Shown here piece after piece: positions 13,461 through 27,062 of a stretch of DNA of 64,000 nucleotides. The stretch covers positions 28,708,001 through 28,772,000 of the forward strand of contig NC_045696.1 in the NCBI RefSeq assembly GCF_009834535.1. The letters run 5' to 3'. A program made the translations under genes and the position numbers. The stretch is from Camelus ferus (taxonomy: Eukaryota). The notes under the pieces were generated by a model. It was not told the origin of the DNA, did no database searches, and worked only from the letters and a program-made list of their open reading frames with translations. The first letter of the stretch is position 1. Each line of letters opens with the position of its first letter.

Positions 13461-14650
13461 TGGCAGGACTGTCTCTCTCTCTCTCTCTCTATACATATAT
13501 ATATACACACATATACATTTATATTTAAGTTTTATGTTCTTATTGACTGTCATTCCCACTACAGTATAATTTCAGTGGGGTTAGAGACTTGTCAGTATCA
13601 TTCACTGTTTTAATTCCAGTGGCTAATGTAGTTTTTGGTACATAGTAGATAATAAATACTTGTTAATAAAAAGTCATCAATATTTTTATTTTATAAAGCT
13701 TTGCACCTACAGCTGATGGTTCTCTGAAGCTAAATTTCAGAATATGGAATTCTAGATTTCAAAAGGCAGGACCAACTCTCTACTAACAGGTGAATGGATA
13801 AACAAAATGTGATATACACATTCATGACGACTTTTACATGAAGTTTGTGTAACTAGACAAGTAACATGACATGTGAATTTAATATATTCTGAGTTTGCTT
13901 TGAAGAATTTGTGTGTGGTGAGGTGCAAGAGATTATCTGTTATCTATTATCTCTTATTTATTTATTTAGGCTCCAAGAAACAGAGGTATACAATTATATA
14001 TGTATGTCAAAAACACCAAAAAGACCTACAACAGCCTGTAGGCTCGATGATTCTTTTTCCTTTTACAATAATAGATAGTAATTGTGCTTTATTGCTCTCT
14101 TTTTTATTCTGTTTTATGTCCTTTACATTTTCTCCAGTGAAAACCAGTTACGTTTATAACAGAAGAAATGCAGGCCATATAAATTAAGTTTACTCAAGTA
14201 CACAGTTGTATTTGTATTTATTTCCTTGAAAATTGAAAGTGTGACTGGTAATTATTTGAGTTTGAATGGGACTAAAACATCTGGACAGGCTATCCACAAG
14301 ATAAGGGATACAAATAACCAATAAATAAGAAAAATGTTTAGGCTCCCTAATAATCTAAGGAAGCACAGAATTAGATTAAATAACAATGAGCTACCATTTT
14401 AACCAACCAACTTGGCAAAAATAAATGTAACTTTTTGTTATTGATTGTTATTTCTGTGATTTTTATAATATTTATAATTATTAATTAGTATGCTTCTTTA
14501 AATGTGGTCAGAAAAACAGAGAAATCATTTGCTAGAATTTTTGATATTGTTGAATTCAAAAAAGGAATCACAATGTATGTGTAAGAGTATTGTAGTAGTG
14601 GTAATTTCTGATTGATGAGGGTGCTGATTTTTTCATTTTCTTATACATGC

Positions 14651-14861
14651 TTTTATTACTTTTTATGGAACTACAGTCAGTTTACAACGTGTCAATTTCT
14701 GGTGTGCAGCGTAATGTTTCAGTCATACATATATATACGTATATTCCTTTTCATATTCTTTTCCATTACAGGTTACTACAAGACACTGAATGTAGTTGCC
14801 CATGATATACAGTATAGACTTGTTGTTTATCTATTTTATATATAGTAGTTAGTATATGCAA
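14651..14861 (-). mobile_element. Young L1 3' UTR, heavily 5'-truncated
   Basis: AGTCAGTTTACAACGTGTCAATTTCTGGTGTGCAGC..TATTTTATATATAGTAGTTAGTAT; closely similar to 27890-28078; flanked by TTTTATTA(C/T)TTTT. Confidence 0.9.
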
Positions 14862-15840
14862 TTTTATTATTTTTGTCAAGTTTTTAAGGAACATACACTG
14901 TGCTGAATTAGAGAACAATATCCTTTAATTTATTTTAATAGCTGTTTCACTTTCATACTGCACACATGAAAGCCTCTTCAATATATTATTCTAAGACTAC
15001 TGTCATTTTGTTTCCTGGCTTCAGTGCCACCAAAACTGATCCCATCTCAAATTATTTTCTATTATGCAGCAACATTCTTCCAGGTCACAGATACTGTTAG
15101 GCATTCTACAGTCTGACTGTAAAATATTTCATTTTCTGCTGATCTGTATACCAAAATCTCTTTGAGTTTGTGATTTTCTCCAAGTTACTTATCCACTATC
15201 AGTATCGCTTGTCACCTAGAAAATGAGGCCAATGCTAGCACCATGCAGTGCAATAGGCTAAATACAAAAACAAACAAACACATAAACAAACCTTGCACTA
15301 GTTTCACTATAGTTATTGCTTATTGAAGATTAACTGCATAATAGAAATAAGGTTAAAGGTTTTACAAGGATGGTTTCATTAAACTCTAATCGCAAATATT
15401 TTAGCTAGGAATTCCACTTTATAGATGAACATACTGCTAAATCAAAAAGTTTTGCATTTACCCAAATTAAAACAGTCACTAAAAGATAAAACCATGATTT
15501 AATCCTACACAGTCCTGATTTAATCCTTCAGCTTGGCAGTCATTTCTAGTGCTTTTTATGCCTCTTGACTTGCAGTTTTATTTATTTATTTTATATTTTA
15601 CATTGTTACATCATTGTCGCCATGATGGAAAAATAAGGTTAAAGGTAATTTTACAAAGAAAATAATAGTCACTCTTGAGGCAATTTTGCTTCATCTAATT
15701 GATGAAAAATAGTTCAAACGGGGTACTCACAAATGTTACAGGTGTTAAATAATCAGAAGATAGTTGTACTGAGTTTAACTTCCCTGAGCATCTGGTTTTG
15801 CTTGACATTATAAATATTATGCATCTTTTTCTTTAATAGT

Positions 15841-16303
15841 TTTGAGGGTTAATTTTACGCGGCAACTTGGCTAGGCAATGTTGCTCATTGTTTTGGTCAA
15901 ACACTATTCTAGACATCAGTGGCTGTGAAAGTATTTTGTAGATGGATTAACGTTTACAATCACAGTCGTCTAAGTAAAGCAGATTCTCCTCCCTTCTGTG
16001 GCTGGGCCTCACTCAGTCAGTGTAAGTGTAAGGCCTGAAGAGTGAAAATTGAAGTTTCCTGGAGAAGAAGGAATTCTGCTTTAAAATTATAAAATAGAAA
16101 TCCTGTTTATTTCCAGACTGCTAGGGAACCGTGTACTTGCTAGCCTTCACAATGAATGGTGTGAGTCAAACCTCTTTTCTATGTGTCTCTACTTCTCTCT
16201 CTCTCCATCTCTATCTCTATATCCATCTCTCTCTGTAGCTCCATCTTTCTATCAGTATATCTATCTCTTTGGGTCTGTTTCTTTGGAGAATCCTGATGGA
16301 TAC
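15841..16303 (+). mobile_element. MLT2 (ERVL) solo LTR
   Basis: GGTTAATTTTACGCGGCAACTTGGCTAGGC ... GGAGAAGAAGGAATTCTGC ... TCTGTTTCTTTGGAGAATCCTGA with a CT-rich tract. Confidence 0.88.
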
Positions 16304-19224
16304 TAACATGTAAGAACACTTCGTATACAGAACTTTATCCCAAAATAATAATAGTAATAGCAAATCCAGTCAAATAACAGACCAAACTTTCCTTGATAGG
16401 AAAAATAATACTGATGAAGTAAATAAATAAAGGAAGAAAAGATAGAAAGTATTCAACTTTTTAGAGCTGACTTATGAAATAAATCCTTACAAACCTGCAG
16501 TATACCAGCTTACATTACATGGATTAATCACGTTACTTAATGTTAAAAGCTTTGGTTTTTGTTTTTGTTTTTGTTTTGTTTTTCCTTCATTCTTTGCTGT
16601 GGAGATTCAGGGACATCTTTTCAAAAGCACACTAGCTTTCTGGCTTTTGAAAATCACTTTTCATTTCTGAACCATATTTTTCTTACTTTTAAAATGAAGG
16701 AGGTTGCTCCAGATGGCTCCTAAGACTCTGATTCTATTCTCTGATAACTGCACATTGTTCAAATTGAGAAGTGAAAAAAACAATTGTTGTGTATCTGTTG
16801 TTGCTACTAGTGCTGAATATATATGAACGTGTACTTTGTGGATGTCTGGAAAAATATATTTGCTTCTTTACAAAATTAATCACTTCAGAGGAAACAAATT
16901 TTTCTTTGAACCCAAGCCAGAAATGTTTTAAAGATCATATAGAAAATATCGGCTCATACTTCTCACCCTAGATTTTTCTGTTTCTACCCTAGTGAGTTTT
17001 GTTACTTTAATTGAAACCATGAGAAGTTATTTCAGAAATCCTCATTCATGCTTACTCAACATCAAGGAATATAAATGCAAACAAATTAGCCAGAATTAAC
17101 TCTTTATTACATTTCTAATTAATAATCAGATTTCAATGCTGTGTTCCTAAAACTTCCAACTTTTTTCCCTTTCCATTTTTATTCTTTTAAACATTATTAC
17201 TAAGGTTTTAATGCGTAGGTATAATATGTGGAGGGAACACTCCTTAAATATTAGGAATATTATCATAAAACTGATGATCAACTTATGACATTAAAGATTC
17301 ACATAGCAGTATTACAAATTATCAAGTGAGAAAAAATAGCACATGTTAAAAAAGTAACATTATATTTTGAACTTACTTTCAATGGTCATTATACTTAATG
17401 GTCTATCATCATTTCATTACAAACTCAATAAGTGAGATGTATATAACTCATTTTAATTATCCCTGAGTTGAAACTTATTATACTGGTTAAAATCTATCTT
17501 CCTGAAAGATGCAGAACATTTTCTTCCCCTAGAGAAACATTGCTTAAAAATTAAATTTAAAAAGATGAACAAACAATGTTGCTTATGATACCTCAGTGAT
17601 TTTCTAGAGATTTTAAAGCACAAATAGAAATTACTAAAAAAAAAAAGTCATCCCTACTGTTTGCTAAATCAAGTGAACTTGTTTTAAAATGCAAATGAGA
17701 ATTAGCTGTCCCTTTCCAGAAAGGCCTTCTACATGCATACTTTGGCCTGTAGACAGGTAACAGATGATTGTGTTTGTACATCTTAGGAAGATATAGATTC
17801 AGAAAAAGTTTGCAGTTATATTGTCAGCAAAAAAATAAATAAATAAATGAAAAACAATAACAAGCTTTCTTTATGATCTATTGGAGATCATAAAGAAAGA
17901 AACAGTTTGTTATTTTGGTAGAAGTGTGCATTTGAAAGAAATATTTTAATCTCCTGTCGTGTGAAATAGAAACCTCTGTTAATGAGAGTATAGATTTACT
18001 GATCTTCATAGAAATATAAGAATGTCCATTTAGAATGCAAATGCATTTTCCTAATCTCTATTTTATAAAATGGAATTAGCTCTTATTCTAGATGTATACT
18101 GAAGATCTATTTTCTAAATTCTAGATGCTTATTACAAATTATTGAATATTATTTTTCTGAAGTCAATATTACAAAATGTAAAAAATATAAACTATACAGA
18201 AACCTGCAGTTTTAGAAAACTGACCAAAACCAACTGTACAAGCTCCAACAATTATTTTCTCCCAGTTAAAATGACTGTATATCACAAACACACAATCTTC
18301 TTTAAATATTAGCATCTATTTAATTCTACATGATGCTATAGTTATGTCAGTCCATTTCTAAGACTTTTAGCTGATATAAATTTTCAGGGACAAATTTAAT
18401 CCATAATGACATTGTGAAAAATTAGTAACATGACACTATGCTCAGTATTATTTCATTAAATAAATGCATGGTAACCATTAACAATCATGTTACTCTTTCC
18501 TTTTACTCACTTCTCTTATAACCCATGCTTTTTGTAGTTATTTTGACTAATTTTCCTAATGCTTGGGAAATAGGTCCGGTTACACCCAGACACATTTCAT
18601 GAATTACTGTATTTGAGTGAAGACATCTTTATTTTCAAAATTTACATTCTGATTACAACTCTTCTTTACTCTGGTCAATAAATGACCACATCTTTTCCAT
18701 TCTGTCTCTGAAATATCTTCAATTTGTTTGTCTTTCTCCAACTTCACAGTACCTCTGAAATTTAGGATCTTAAATTTCTGGAGTATATTCCTCTTTGATT
18801 TCCCTGCTTCCTGAATATTTACTTTTCTAATTCTTCCTCCAAACTAAAAATTATCTTCTTAATGCATACTTGTAACCATTTACCCCCTGTCTAAAAACCA
18901 CTCAAAGGCTATCAATCACTGTATGAGAAGGTAGATTCTTAACTAAACTTAAACTATATTCTCAAATTACCTTTCCCTCCTAACTTTTGAAGATAGATTG
19001 TTTTGAAGATGCACCTAGTCCACTAAGGTTTATACCAAGTGGACTTTTTCTCCTCCTTGTGTTTTATCATCCTGTAGCCTGTATCTCAAGTTCATGGTTT
19101 CTGATTCTAGTTTCAGTAATCTTAAGCCTGCTGGTCCTCCTATCTGAAATATGAGCAAGTGAGGATAACAACGTAAACTAAATCACATTATCACCCTGTT
19201 GTTTACATATTGTAACCTCTGCTG

Positions 19225-19605
19225 GCTAGTAGTTTGCTAAAGTCTTCCTATTCCCCTCATAGGAACCATTAGAATATATACCCCTTCTTGTAATTAGGTC
19301 TGACCATGTGACTGAATTCTGGCTATGGGAACGTGAGCAGAAGTAAGTTTGGAAAATTTCCTGCCCAACCTGTATAATTTGACTGACAAGCCTCCACATT
19401 CACTCTTTCCTCCTCTCCTAACTAGATGCAGAGTGCCAGTGGGGAGCCTATGGCAGCCTCACAGGATAAATAAAAACTGGAGTCCTCAGTGACTGCATAA
19501 AACAAAGCTTCCCTACAAAACGGTAAAACCTAGCATAAACACATCAATCCTTTTTGTGTTAAGGCACAAGATTTTTGTTCTACCAGTTAGCCTGCCTGAA
19601 CTTTA
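19225..19605 (+). mobile_element. Old MaLR LTR (MLT1J/K-like)
   Basis: TTAGGTCTGACCATGTGACTGAATTCTGGCTATGGGAACGTGAGCAGAAGT; TTGTGTTAAGGCACAAGATTT near the 3' end. Confidence 0.7.
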
Positions 19606-19929
19606 AAAACATTCAGCACCATGTTTAGTAGATGACACACATATACTTCATCATTCCTCTGTATGAGCTCATGAATATTGCTGAAACAAACTCACGTGAA
19701 AATAGGAGATAGAAGCCTATTTGCTTATTTAGTCCCTATCTGTAGCTATATCCATCACCGTATCAATGTATTTTAGGATAATCATTATTTTCTAAAAGGT
19801 CCAGATCTGCTTCTATTTTAGTATAAGCAAACTTTCATTAAATTTAATACACACTTGTGTAATAGAATTTCAAATTATAAATTAATTTTATCCCTTTACC
19901 TAAATAGCATAGTATCACTTATACGAAAG

Positions 19930-20935
19930 AATTTGTAGCCAGAGAGACATGGGTGTAGACTTAATGCCATCATTTTCTATTTTCACTTTGCTGTGCCCTA
20001 AATTCATCAACTTTAAAATGATTACTTCAATAACCACATACTTGGTGAGGATTATTAGTATATTAAGGAAGATACATTAATAATGATCATCATTATTATA
20101 ATTAGTTTCCAACGTAGGACACCTTTTTTATTTTTACTATGCAATTCAGTGGCTATTTTCAGATGAGCACATGAACAAATGAGAATGCTTTGATACAATA
20201 ATAAAGACTTCAGTTTTATTACAAACATGGTACAAGATTAATAATACAATAGATGTGCTATTAAACCACAACTGGTGCTAAGCACTGTGTTCACTAATTT
20301 AAAGAATGATCTTATTTCAAAATAAAGCTTCACCACCTACAAGCTTTTTTTTAAGTTTGACATCTGATCATCTTTATTTCAATTTCCTTATCTAGTAATA
20401 TGAGTATTTATACCAATACTCATATTTTGAAGCAATAGCTTTCAGACTATGTGAAATAATTACATTTAGCATGCATAATGCCATGTCTGGCACATATCAA
20501 GCACTCAGCAAATTAAGTTTCCCTCATCCTCTACACTGAAGCCTTTGACTCAATGGCCCAGGTCTCCTCTTCCCAGGCAGTAAGGTAGCATTCATTTCTT
20601 CTAGTTTCTCTCTCTTATTTCTAATTCATACCAAAATTTAGATTATCCAAATACCATCTTTCGAACTAGTGTCACAGAGGAAAACTATGCCATAATCATC
20701 TATCCATTTAAGTTGCATTTAATCACAACTTACTGTATTGACTTTTTACATTAGTGTATGGGGATTCCTGCTACTTACTAGCACAGAATTGTCTTTAAGG
20801 CCATGATATGACAAGATTCTGTGATAGCAAAATAGCTAATAGCTCTACAGCACTTTCTAAGTACAAAGCACTTTTTAAGCACTTTACATATATTGACCTA
20901 TTTAATCATTCCCCAAATCCTGTGAGATCAACAGG
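19930..20935. mobile_element. Cluster of MIR fragments (~19930-20080 +, ~20340-20510 +, ~20835-20935 -)
   Basis: TTGGTGAGGATTA; ATGTCTGGCACATATCAAGCACTCAGCAAAT; TAAGCACTTTACATATATTGACCTATTTAATC. Confidence 0.6.
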
Positions 20936-21479
20936 GAGGTCTCAGTTTCTCTAAAGACTAAGTTTGAATTTGTGTTCTCAGCAGCATGTTTGTTTTGTTT
21001 GTAATATACTGGTTAAATATTCTAACTGTGTGGACTAAAGTAATGGCTAGTAGAATTTTAACATGTTTTTTTAAGTATGTCAATGAACTGACCCCAAAGT
21101 AAGGATATACCATATCCCCAAATGAAATAAAACTGGTAATATCAGAAGACAAACCTGGTGCCAACCATAGTCCTCAATTTGAGAATTTTCACTGAAACTT
21201 GGATACATTAGACTTCTGTTAGGTGACTGAATTGGGAAAGAATAAAATTCAGGGATGTCCATGCTGGGGAATCTCATGGGACAACACTGCATAAAAATGG
21301 GATTCTTGAAAATACAAATTTAATGTAAGAGTGAATGAGAAATTAATCCAGCTATACAGAAGAAGACAAGATAACTTACTCTAATATTGAGTAAAGGAAA
21401 ATAAATACACCCTAAATAATTATATCCACAAGATGGCCCTCACTCGCATTATTGCATTTAAATTCATGAAAAACATGAG

Positions 21480-21815
21480 ATTCAAAACAAAGCAAGAATG
21501 CCAACCATTTGAAGTCACCAGCCATTGAAATAAGACATGAAAAGAAAATATAAGGTTTACAGATTGAAAAAATTAAAACTGCCTTATTTGCAGAAAGCAT
21601 AATTATTTACTTAGAAAATCTTAAAGAATCTACAAAATAGGAACTGTATCTAAGAAGTCAGTATAGTAGTAAGATTGCAGTATAACTAGTCACTATACTA
21701 AAATCAGCTACATTTCAACGTGCTACAAGCAAATACTTAAAAAAACCTTTTAAATAAAATCATGTATACTAGTGTTCAAATAAAGATTTAGGAATAAATT
21801 TAACAAAAGATGCTA
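21480..21815 (+). mobile_element. Ancient L1 ORF2 (RT region) fragment
   Basis: TTATTTGCAGAAAGCATAATTATTTACTTAGAAAATC (decayed LFADDMIxYLEN); TTAGGAATAAATTTAACAAAAGATG. Confidence 0.8.
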
Positions 21816-22060
21816 TACTTGTATTCAAAGTCAGGTTTTGGTACAAGCAATATTTGCTACTTTTTCTTTTATTTTTCACCGTATCTCAGTTACTTCATAA
21901 TAAATGAAAAGAAAAATTATAATGTATAGAAAATTGAATTGATTACTAGATTTTTAATGTGAGATGGCTGCTTCCCAACATTCAGATCTGAGCTCAACTG
22001 TTTCTTCCTATTCGAAGTCTTCCCTGGTTACTGAAGTTGATAGACGCTCCCAACCCCCGA

Positions 22061-22063
<3 letters not shown>

Positions 22064-22093
<30 letters not shown>
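22064..22093. repeat. (CA)n microsatellite
   Basis: About 15 uninterrupted AC units. Confidence 0.95.
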
Positions 22094-22097
<4 letters not shown>

Positions 22098-22103
22098 AAC
22101 ACT

Positions 22104-22546
22104 CTGTGGAGATAACTAGTAGCACCCCATGAACACAATACTTAATACCCATTCCCCTGTGTAGCCCTGTCCCATATTGACTGAACTCTGCTGTCTGACT
22201 TGCATAGGCCAATGAGACAAATCTGATGCAAGAAGAGGTTTAACAAGCGCTGCACATTGGGAGTTATCCTCTTTTTGTATTGTGATCATCATGTGATGAA
22301 GCCCTGGCAAACCCTTGAAGAGGCCCACTCAAAGCTAACTTCTAGATATGTGAATGAAACCATCCTGAACTTCCAGCCACTGCCAAGCCATTAGATAAGT
22401 ATAACTGAATAAATGACCACAGATGAAACCAAACAAAAACCCAGTCCAAACTGTCAATTCAGAAAATTATAAGTGAGTAAGTAAGAGTAATTTTAAACCA
22501 CTAAGTTTTAATGTGGTTTGATGAATAGCAGTACATAATTGATATG
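22104..22546 (+). mobile_element. MaLR LTR (MLT1G/H-like)
   Basis: TGACTTGCATAGGCCAATGAGAC..TGATGCAAGAAGAGGTTT..CACATTGG; TTTTAAACCACTAAGTTTT..ATAGCAGTACATAATTGATA. Confidence 0.75.
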
Positions 22547-22559
22547 CTCTCTATCACAT

Positions 22560-22800
22560 TGCTTAGATTTTTTTTTTCATAGCAACAATTACTATCTGGA
22601 AATGCCAAGTTTATTAATGTATTTATTTATTTACTTTGTTTATTGACTGAATCTTTTTAGTCTAGTAAAAGCTCTATAATATGAGAAATCTTATCTATTT
22701 GATTCACTGTTCTATCCCCATGGCCTAGAATATTTAGGGCACATTTTAGACATTCAAGCAATATTGTAACTTATTTTAAATAAATAAATGAATGAATAAA
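22560..22800 (+). mobile_element. L2 3' end
   Basis: TATTTGATTCACTGTTCTATCCCCATGGCCTAGAA ... AATAAATGAATGAAT tail. Confidence 0.7.
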
Positions 22801-23345
22801 AGTACCTTTTTCCAAAGGATTCCTGGTAATTTATTTCCATGGAAGAGAACTTCCACTGACACACACTCCTATCCCTCAACTCCAGTGGATATTTAAAATA
22901 CAGAACAGGCGTGATATTCCAGAACTCAGAGTTATAAAAAAATTTAACTTGAAGATATTAAATATAATGTATATTGCACACATGATATGACAGATAGTAT
23001 GTTACATGTATTATGTAAGAATGACAATATATACTGATTTAAAAAATGACATAAGAAAAGTGAACAAGCAACATGCTACCAAATAATATTCAAAGGCCTT
23101 TAATTCATTTATACTGGGTTAAGATAGAGGACAAACCTAAGTATATTTTTCCTGCTGAATTCTGTGAGTAAATCTGATTAAGTTTTTGCCTCACTTTATA
23201 TCCCAGGATTATCAAAGGTTGTTATAAAGGTCTTTGTAAAGTCCCAATAAATAGGATCATTCTAAATTACCTGAGTTTTGATTAGATTAAAAATTAGACT
23301 TAAATAAATTGTAGCAGGTGGAGGCCAAATTATCAAGGATTTAAC

Positions 23346-23441
23346 TTTTTTTTTTTTAAACAGAGGCACTGGGGATTGAACCCCGGACCTTGTATATGCT
23401 AAGCATGCACTCTACCATTAAGCTATTACCCTCCCTGCTTG
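23346..23441 (-). mobile_element. tRNA-Ala-derived SINE (camelid Vic-1 type)
   Basis: Minus strand reads GGGAGGGTAATAGCTTAATGGTAGAGTGCATGCTTAGCATATACAAGGTCCGGGGTTCAATCCCCAGTGCCTC plus poly(A); TSD AGGATTTAACTT at 23336-23347 and 23442-23453. Confidence 0.93.
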
Positions 23442-24699
23442 AGGATTTAACTTCTATGTGAGCAAAAGGGATTTGTTTTATACAAAAAACTGCCAGAATT
23501 TTTCATATTTATCTGTATGACATACCCAACAAACACATACAAACACATCTGAACACATAAGCACATGCCATGTTCATGTGTTTTGCAGAGTAAGATTTGT
23601 GGTCTAAAATAACCGAAGAAAATCCCTTCTCCCAGTACTTAGTTACTCCCAATAGGAAAAATGAAGAAATTGAGCAAAGCATGTTTAATTTATTTCCTTA
23701 AACAGGGAATCAGATGTCATTCAAAATACTCTGGGCAGAAAGGGACAGAGAGAGGGCAGTCACCTCAAACTATTTGATCTCCCTTCCTATGTCAAAAAAA
23801 ACTAGGCATAAAGAGAAAAAGATCTCTTTTATTCAGTTGTTTTCCTTTGGAAATATTTAGTTTACTGTCAAATAGGAATGGAATGATGCTAACTATCCGT
23901 GACAGTAATTTTGCCCCTACCTTCATAAGGTCAAACTGAATTAAATCAAAGGCCTCTTTGCACCCACGACTGAAAATTCACCCATTTGTTCATTACTCAA
24001 TACAAATCCTCTCCTTTAATCAAATTTGTAAGGAGAAATGATCAAATATCAAATGCTATTGCGAATTCAAGTCTAATAATGTTAATTTTCGAAGGAATTA
24101 AAGTCCAAAATAAAAGTACTTGACCCTTGTCAGTTATATTCCAAATAAATTAAATTATAAAATTCACCTTCACCTATTTACTTACAGTTTTGAGTCTGAG
24201 CTAGAGGAGTTCCCCGCACATGAGTAGAGCAGGGTCACTCAGCAGTTACACACAGAGAGAAAGCAAGAACGGGGATCATTTCTCAGGATCTCAGAAACTG
24301 TGTTGTCCCAATACCAAATCCCTAGTGAGTCTCACTTTTAAGGGTTATAGTGAGTTACTCAGACACACAAAATTATTAAAGTCTAGATCTGCACACCTAC
24401 ATTTAGGAAACAAGACAATCTCCAGATTCTAGAGCAGGTATCTCAGGAAAAATTATATTCTCAGAATCCAGTTCTAACTTTAACTACAGTTTCATCAGGA
24501 TGCCAAACAGTCTTATTTGTCTACAAATCCATGACTTAATCTGTGCACTTAAACACAACTGGGAGAAACCTCTCAGCACATTTTATTATTATGCATTTAC
24601 CAGAACGTGCTAGGCCGGCGGGGAAGGGAATGTCTATCTATTCTGAGTATCTTTTTTTAAGAAAATGGTACTTGGTACATTACTGATTTTTTTTCAAAA

Positions 24700-25390
24700 T
24701 TAAAAAAAAAATGCTGGGAGTTTTGATCATCTATTCTATATTAAAGTTTTTATATGGTCTTTTTTGAGCTCTTTGATTTTTGCATTTCAATATTGCTTTT
24801 CTGGTGAGCCCTGCCTGGTGAACATGGCCACCGTATCTGTGTGCTGACGTTTCTAGCCCTGTGCCGTGGTTTCTTCAGAGTATTTTATAATTTTACATAT
24901 ACATCAGCAATTTATGAAAGTACCTATTTCCACACAGCTCTGCTAATAGAGTAGGTCATCACACATTGGATTTAAAAAAATAATTGATTAAACACCAGTA
25001 ATATGAAGTTGCATTTCTTTAATGCATAAGAGTAAAGATCTTTTTTATATATCAAAGTGCCTTTTGTATTACTATTTTCTGTGAAATGTCTGTTCATAGT
25101 TTTCTATAATTATTATCAATATTTTTTTCTTTTTAAATTTCATAAGCACTGTAGGTTATGGGACTTAGCACTTTGTGATTTAAACGGCAAGTACTTTTGC
25201 CTCTGTTTTCAATTTTTGTTATTGTTGTTGTCATTACTATTACCCCAGGGGGTTTAAAAATATTTTTAGTAGGATATCGTTTATATACAATAAAATTCAG
25301 ACTTTTCAGTATAAAATTCTGTATTTTGATAAATGCATACAAACATGCAACTATTACAATCAAGGTAGAGAAGAGTTTGATCATCCTTCA
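24700..25390 (-). mobile_element. Ancient L1 (L1ME-like) fragments
   Basis: CATCAGCAATTTATGAAAGTACCTATTTCCACACAGCTCTGC; TTTTCTGTGAAATGTCTGTTCAT; TATACAATAAAATTCAGACTTTTCAGTATA. Confidence 0.6.
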
Positions 25391-26373
25391 CGTGGACAGT
25401 TTAAGGTGTCTTATGCACTTTAAGTAGGAATATGATTATATTCCCAAATTACTAAGGTCAAAATATCCTCTCTACATTCTAACATCTGAGCTCAAACACC
25501 ACATCTTAGCCTGTCAGTCTCACTAAGTTTTATTATTTTCCACAAATAACACCTTTTTTATTTGTTTCTCATATTTGTAATCCATGAACTACTACATGTG
25601 TTGTTTTAGGGGAATATAACCTTTCAACAGTCCTGATTCCCAAGGGGTGGTCTACTGTCACTATCACATCTACAAATGTGTAGTAGTCTCTCACTCAAGT
25701 CTGCCACAACTATGACTTTGTGGAGATACAGTGGGTAAATAAAAGATGTCTCTTTCCTCCATATTTCGCATGCACGTTCATTCTAAGACTGACTTACCAA
25801 CCTTTCACTTGTGAAAAAAAGTAACCCTAGCAAGATGAGTCAGGAAAAATACTTCCTCTCACATGATATTTTGAGTGATTGAGATTTTTTTCTTCTTCTT
25901 CTTTTTTTTTTTTTTATGATTTGCACATACTTTCAGTGAATTTACTTAGGAATTTTGAAACCAAGTTCATGAACTGTTAGGGTTTTCCATTGTCCTGGTG
26001 AAAGCTTGTTTTCTCAAAACATCCTTACCTGCCAGTAGGTCCACTTACCCAGTGTTGTGAGACAAAGGTGCAGACCAGGAGTCAAATGGCCAAGGCAAGG
26101 TGTTCAGTTGCGATTGTCATCGGAAAAATCTAAGTAGTAGAGGAGAAGCAAAGTCTGAAGTGTCAGGATCCAGAAGTTCGTCTGTTGAAAATTATAACAG
26201 AAGTTTCAGGTGGTCAGTAAGAATAACATTCTATTTTTCTAGATTTTTATTTTATTTATGGGTTTTATGATATGTTTCATTTCTAATTTATGGTGATTTA
26301 TTTATCATTCTAAATTAATCATTCCCCAGTGTAATTAATTTTGAATTTTAAAAGTAAAATCTGAATATCCCTT

Positions 26374-26721
26374 TGATATGGTCTAAATGTTTGTGTCCTG
26401 CTAAAATTCATATGTGGAAATCATAACCCCCAAGGTGATGGTATTAGAACATGGGCCTTTGGGAGGTGATTAGGTCATCAGGGTTGAGTCCTCATGAATG
26501 GGATTAATGTCTTTACAAAAGAGTCCCAGAGAGATCCCTTGTACCTTTTGCCTTGTAAAGACACAAGCAAGAAGGCACAAGTCTATGAACAGGAAGTGAG
26601 CTCTCTGCCAGCACCCTGACCTTGGACTTCCCAGCATCCAGAATGTGAGAAATGTTCTGTGTTGTTTATAAGCCACCCAGTCTATGGTATTTTGTTACAG
26701 CAGCCCAAACGGATTAGGATA
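26374..26721 (+). mobile_element. MLT1A/MLT1A0-like MaLR solo LTR
   Basis: TGATATGGTCTAAATGTTTGTGTCC..AAAATTCATATG ... AGCCACCCAGTCTATGGTATTTTGTTACAGCAGCCC. Confidence 0.92.
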
Positions 26722-26859
26722 CTAATTACTCTAATATCAACATCTGTTCCAATTTCCACCTGCCAGGAAGAAAGTCATAGCCTGCTTTTTTTTTTCACTC
26801 TCTTGAGGACGTCCTTTGCCATAATTCTTTAGTCATTTGTTTCCATGCTATTCTGTGGG

Positions 26860-27062
26860 CTGTAATAATAACTTTAACATTTTTGTATCACTTCCTGTAT
26901 GCATTGTGCTCTTCTAGGCTCAATTCATTCTCTTGAGATAAGTACCATTTTTATCACCATTTTACAGATCAGAAAACAGAGAACAGAGTGCGTTCAATCA
27001 ATATCTAAGTCGAGTTATGTGGTTGGTTGAGGCCAAATGTCTTGGCGCTTAATCACTGCATT
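26860..27062 (-). mobile_element. MIR
   Basis: TTATCACCATTTTACAGATCAGAAAACAGAG (MIR core, antisense). Confidence 0.7.

Noticed and set aside
23346..23441. Functional tRNA-Ala gene (also 12245-12337)
   Set aside because: Poly(A) tail, TSDs and stem-breaking changes show a retroposed SINE.
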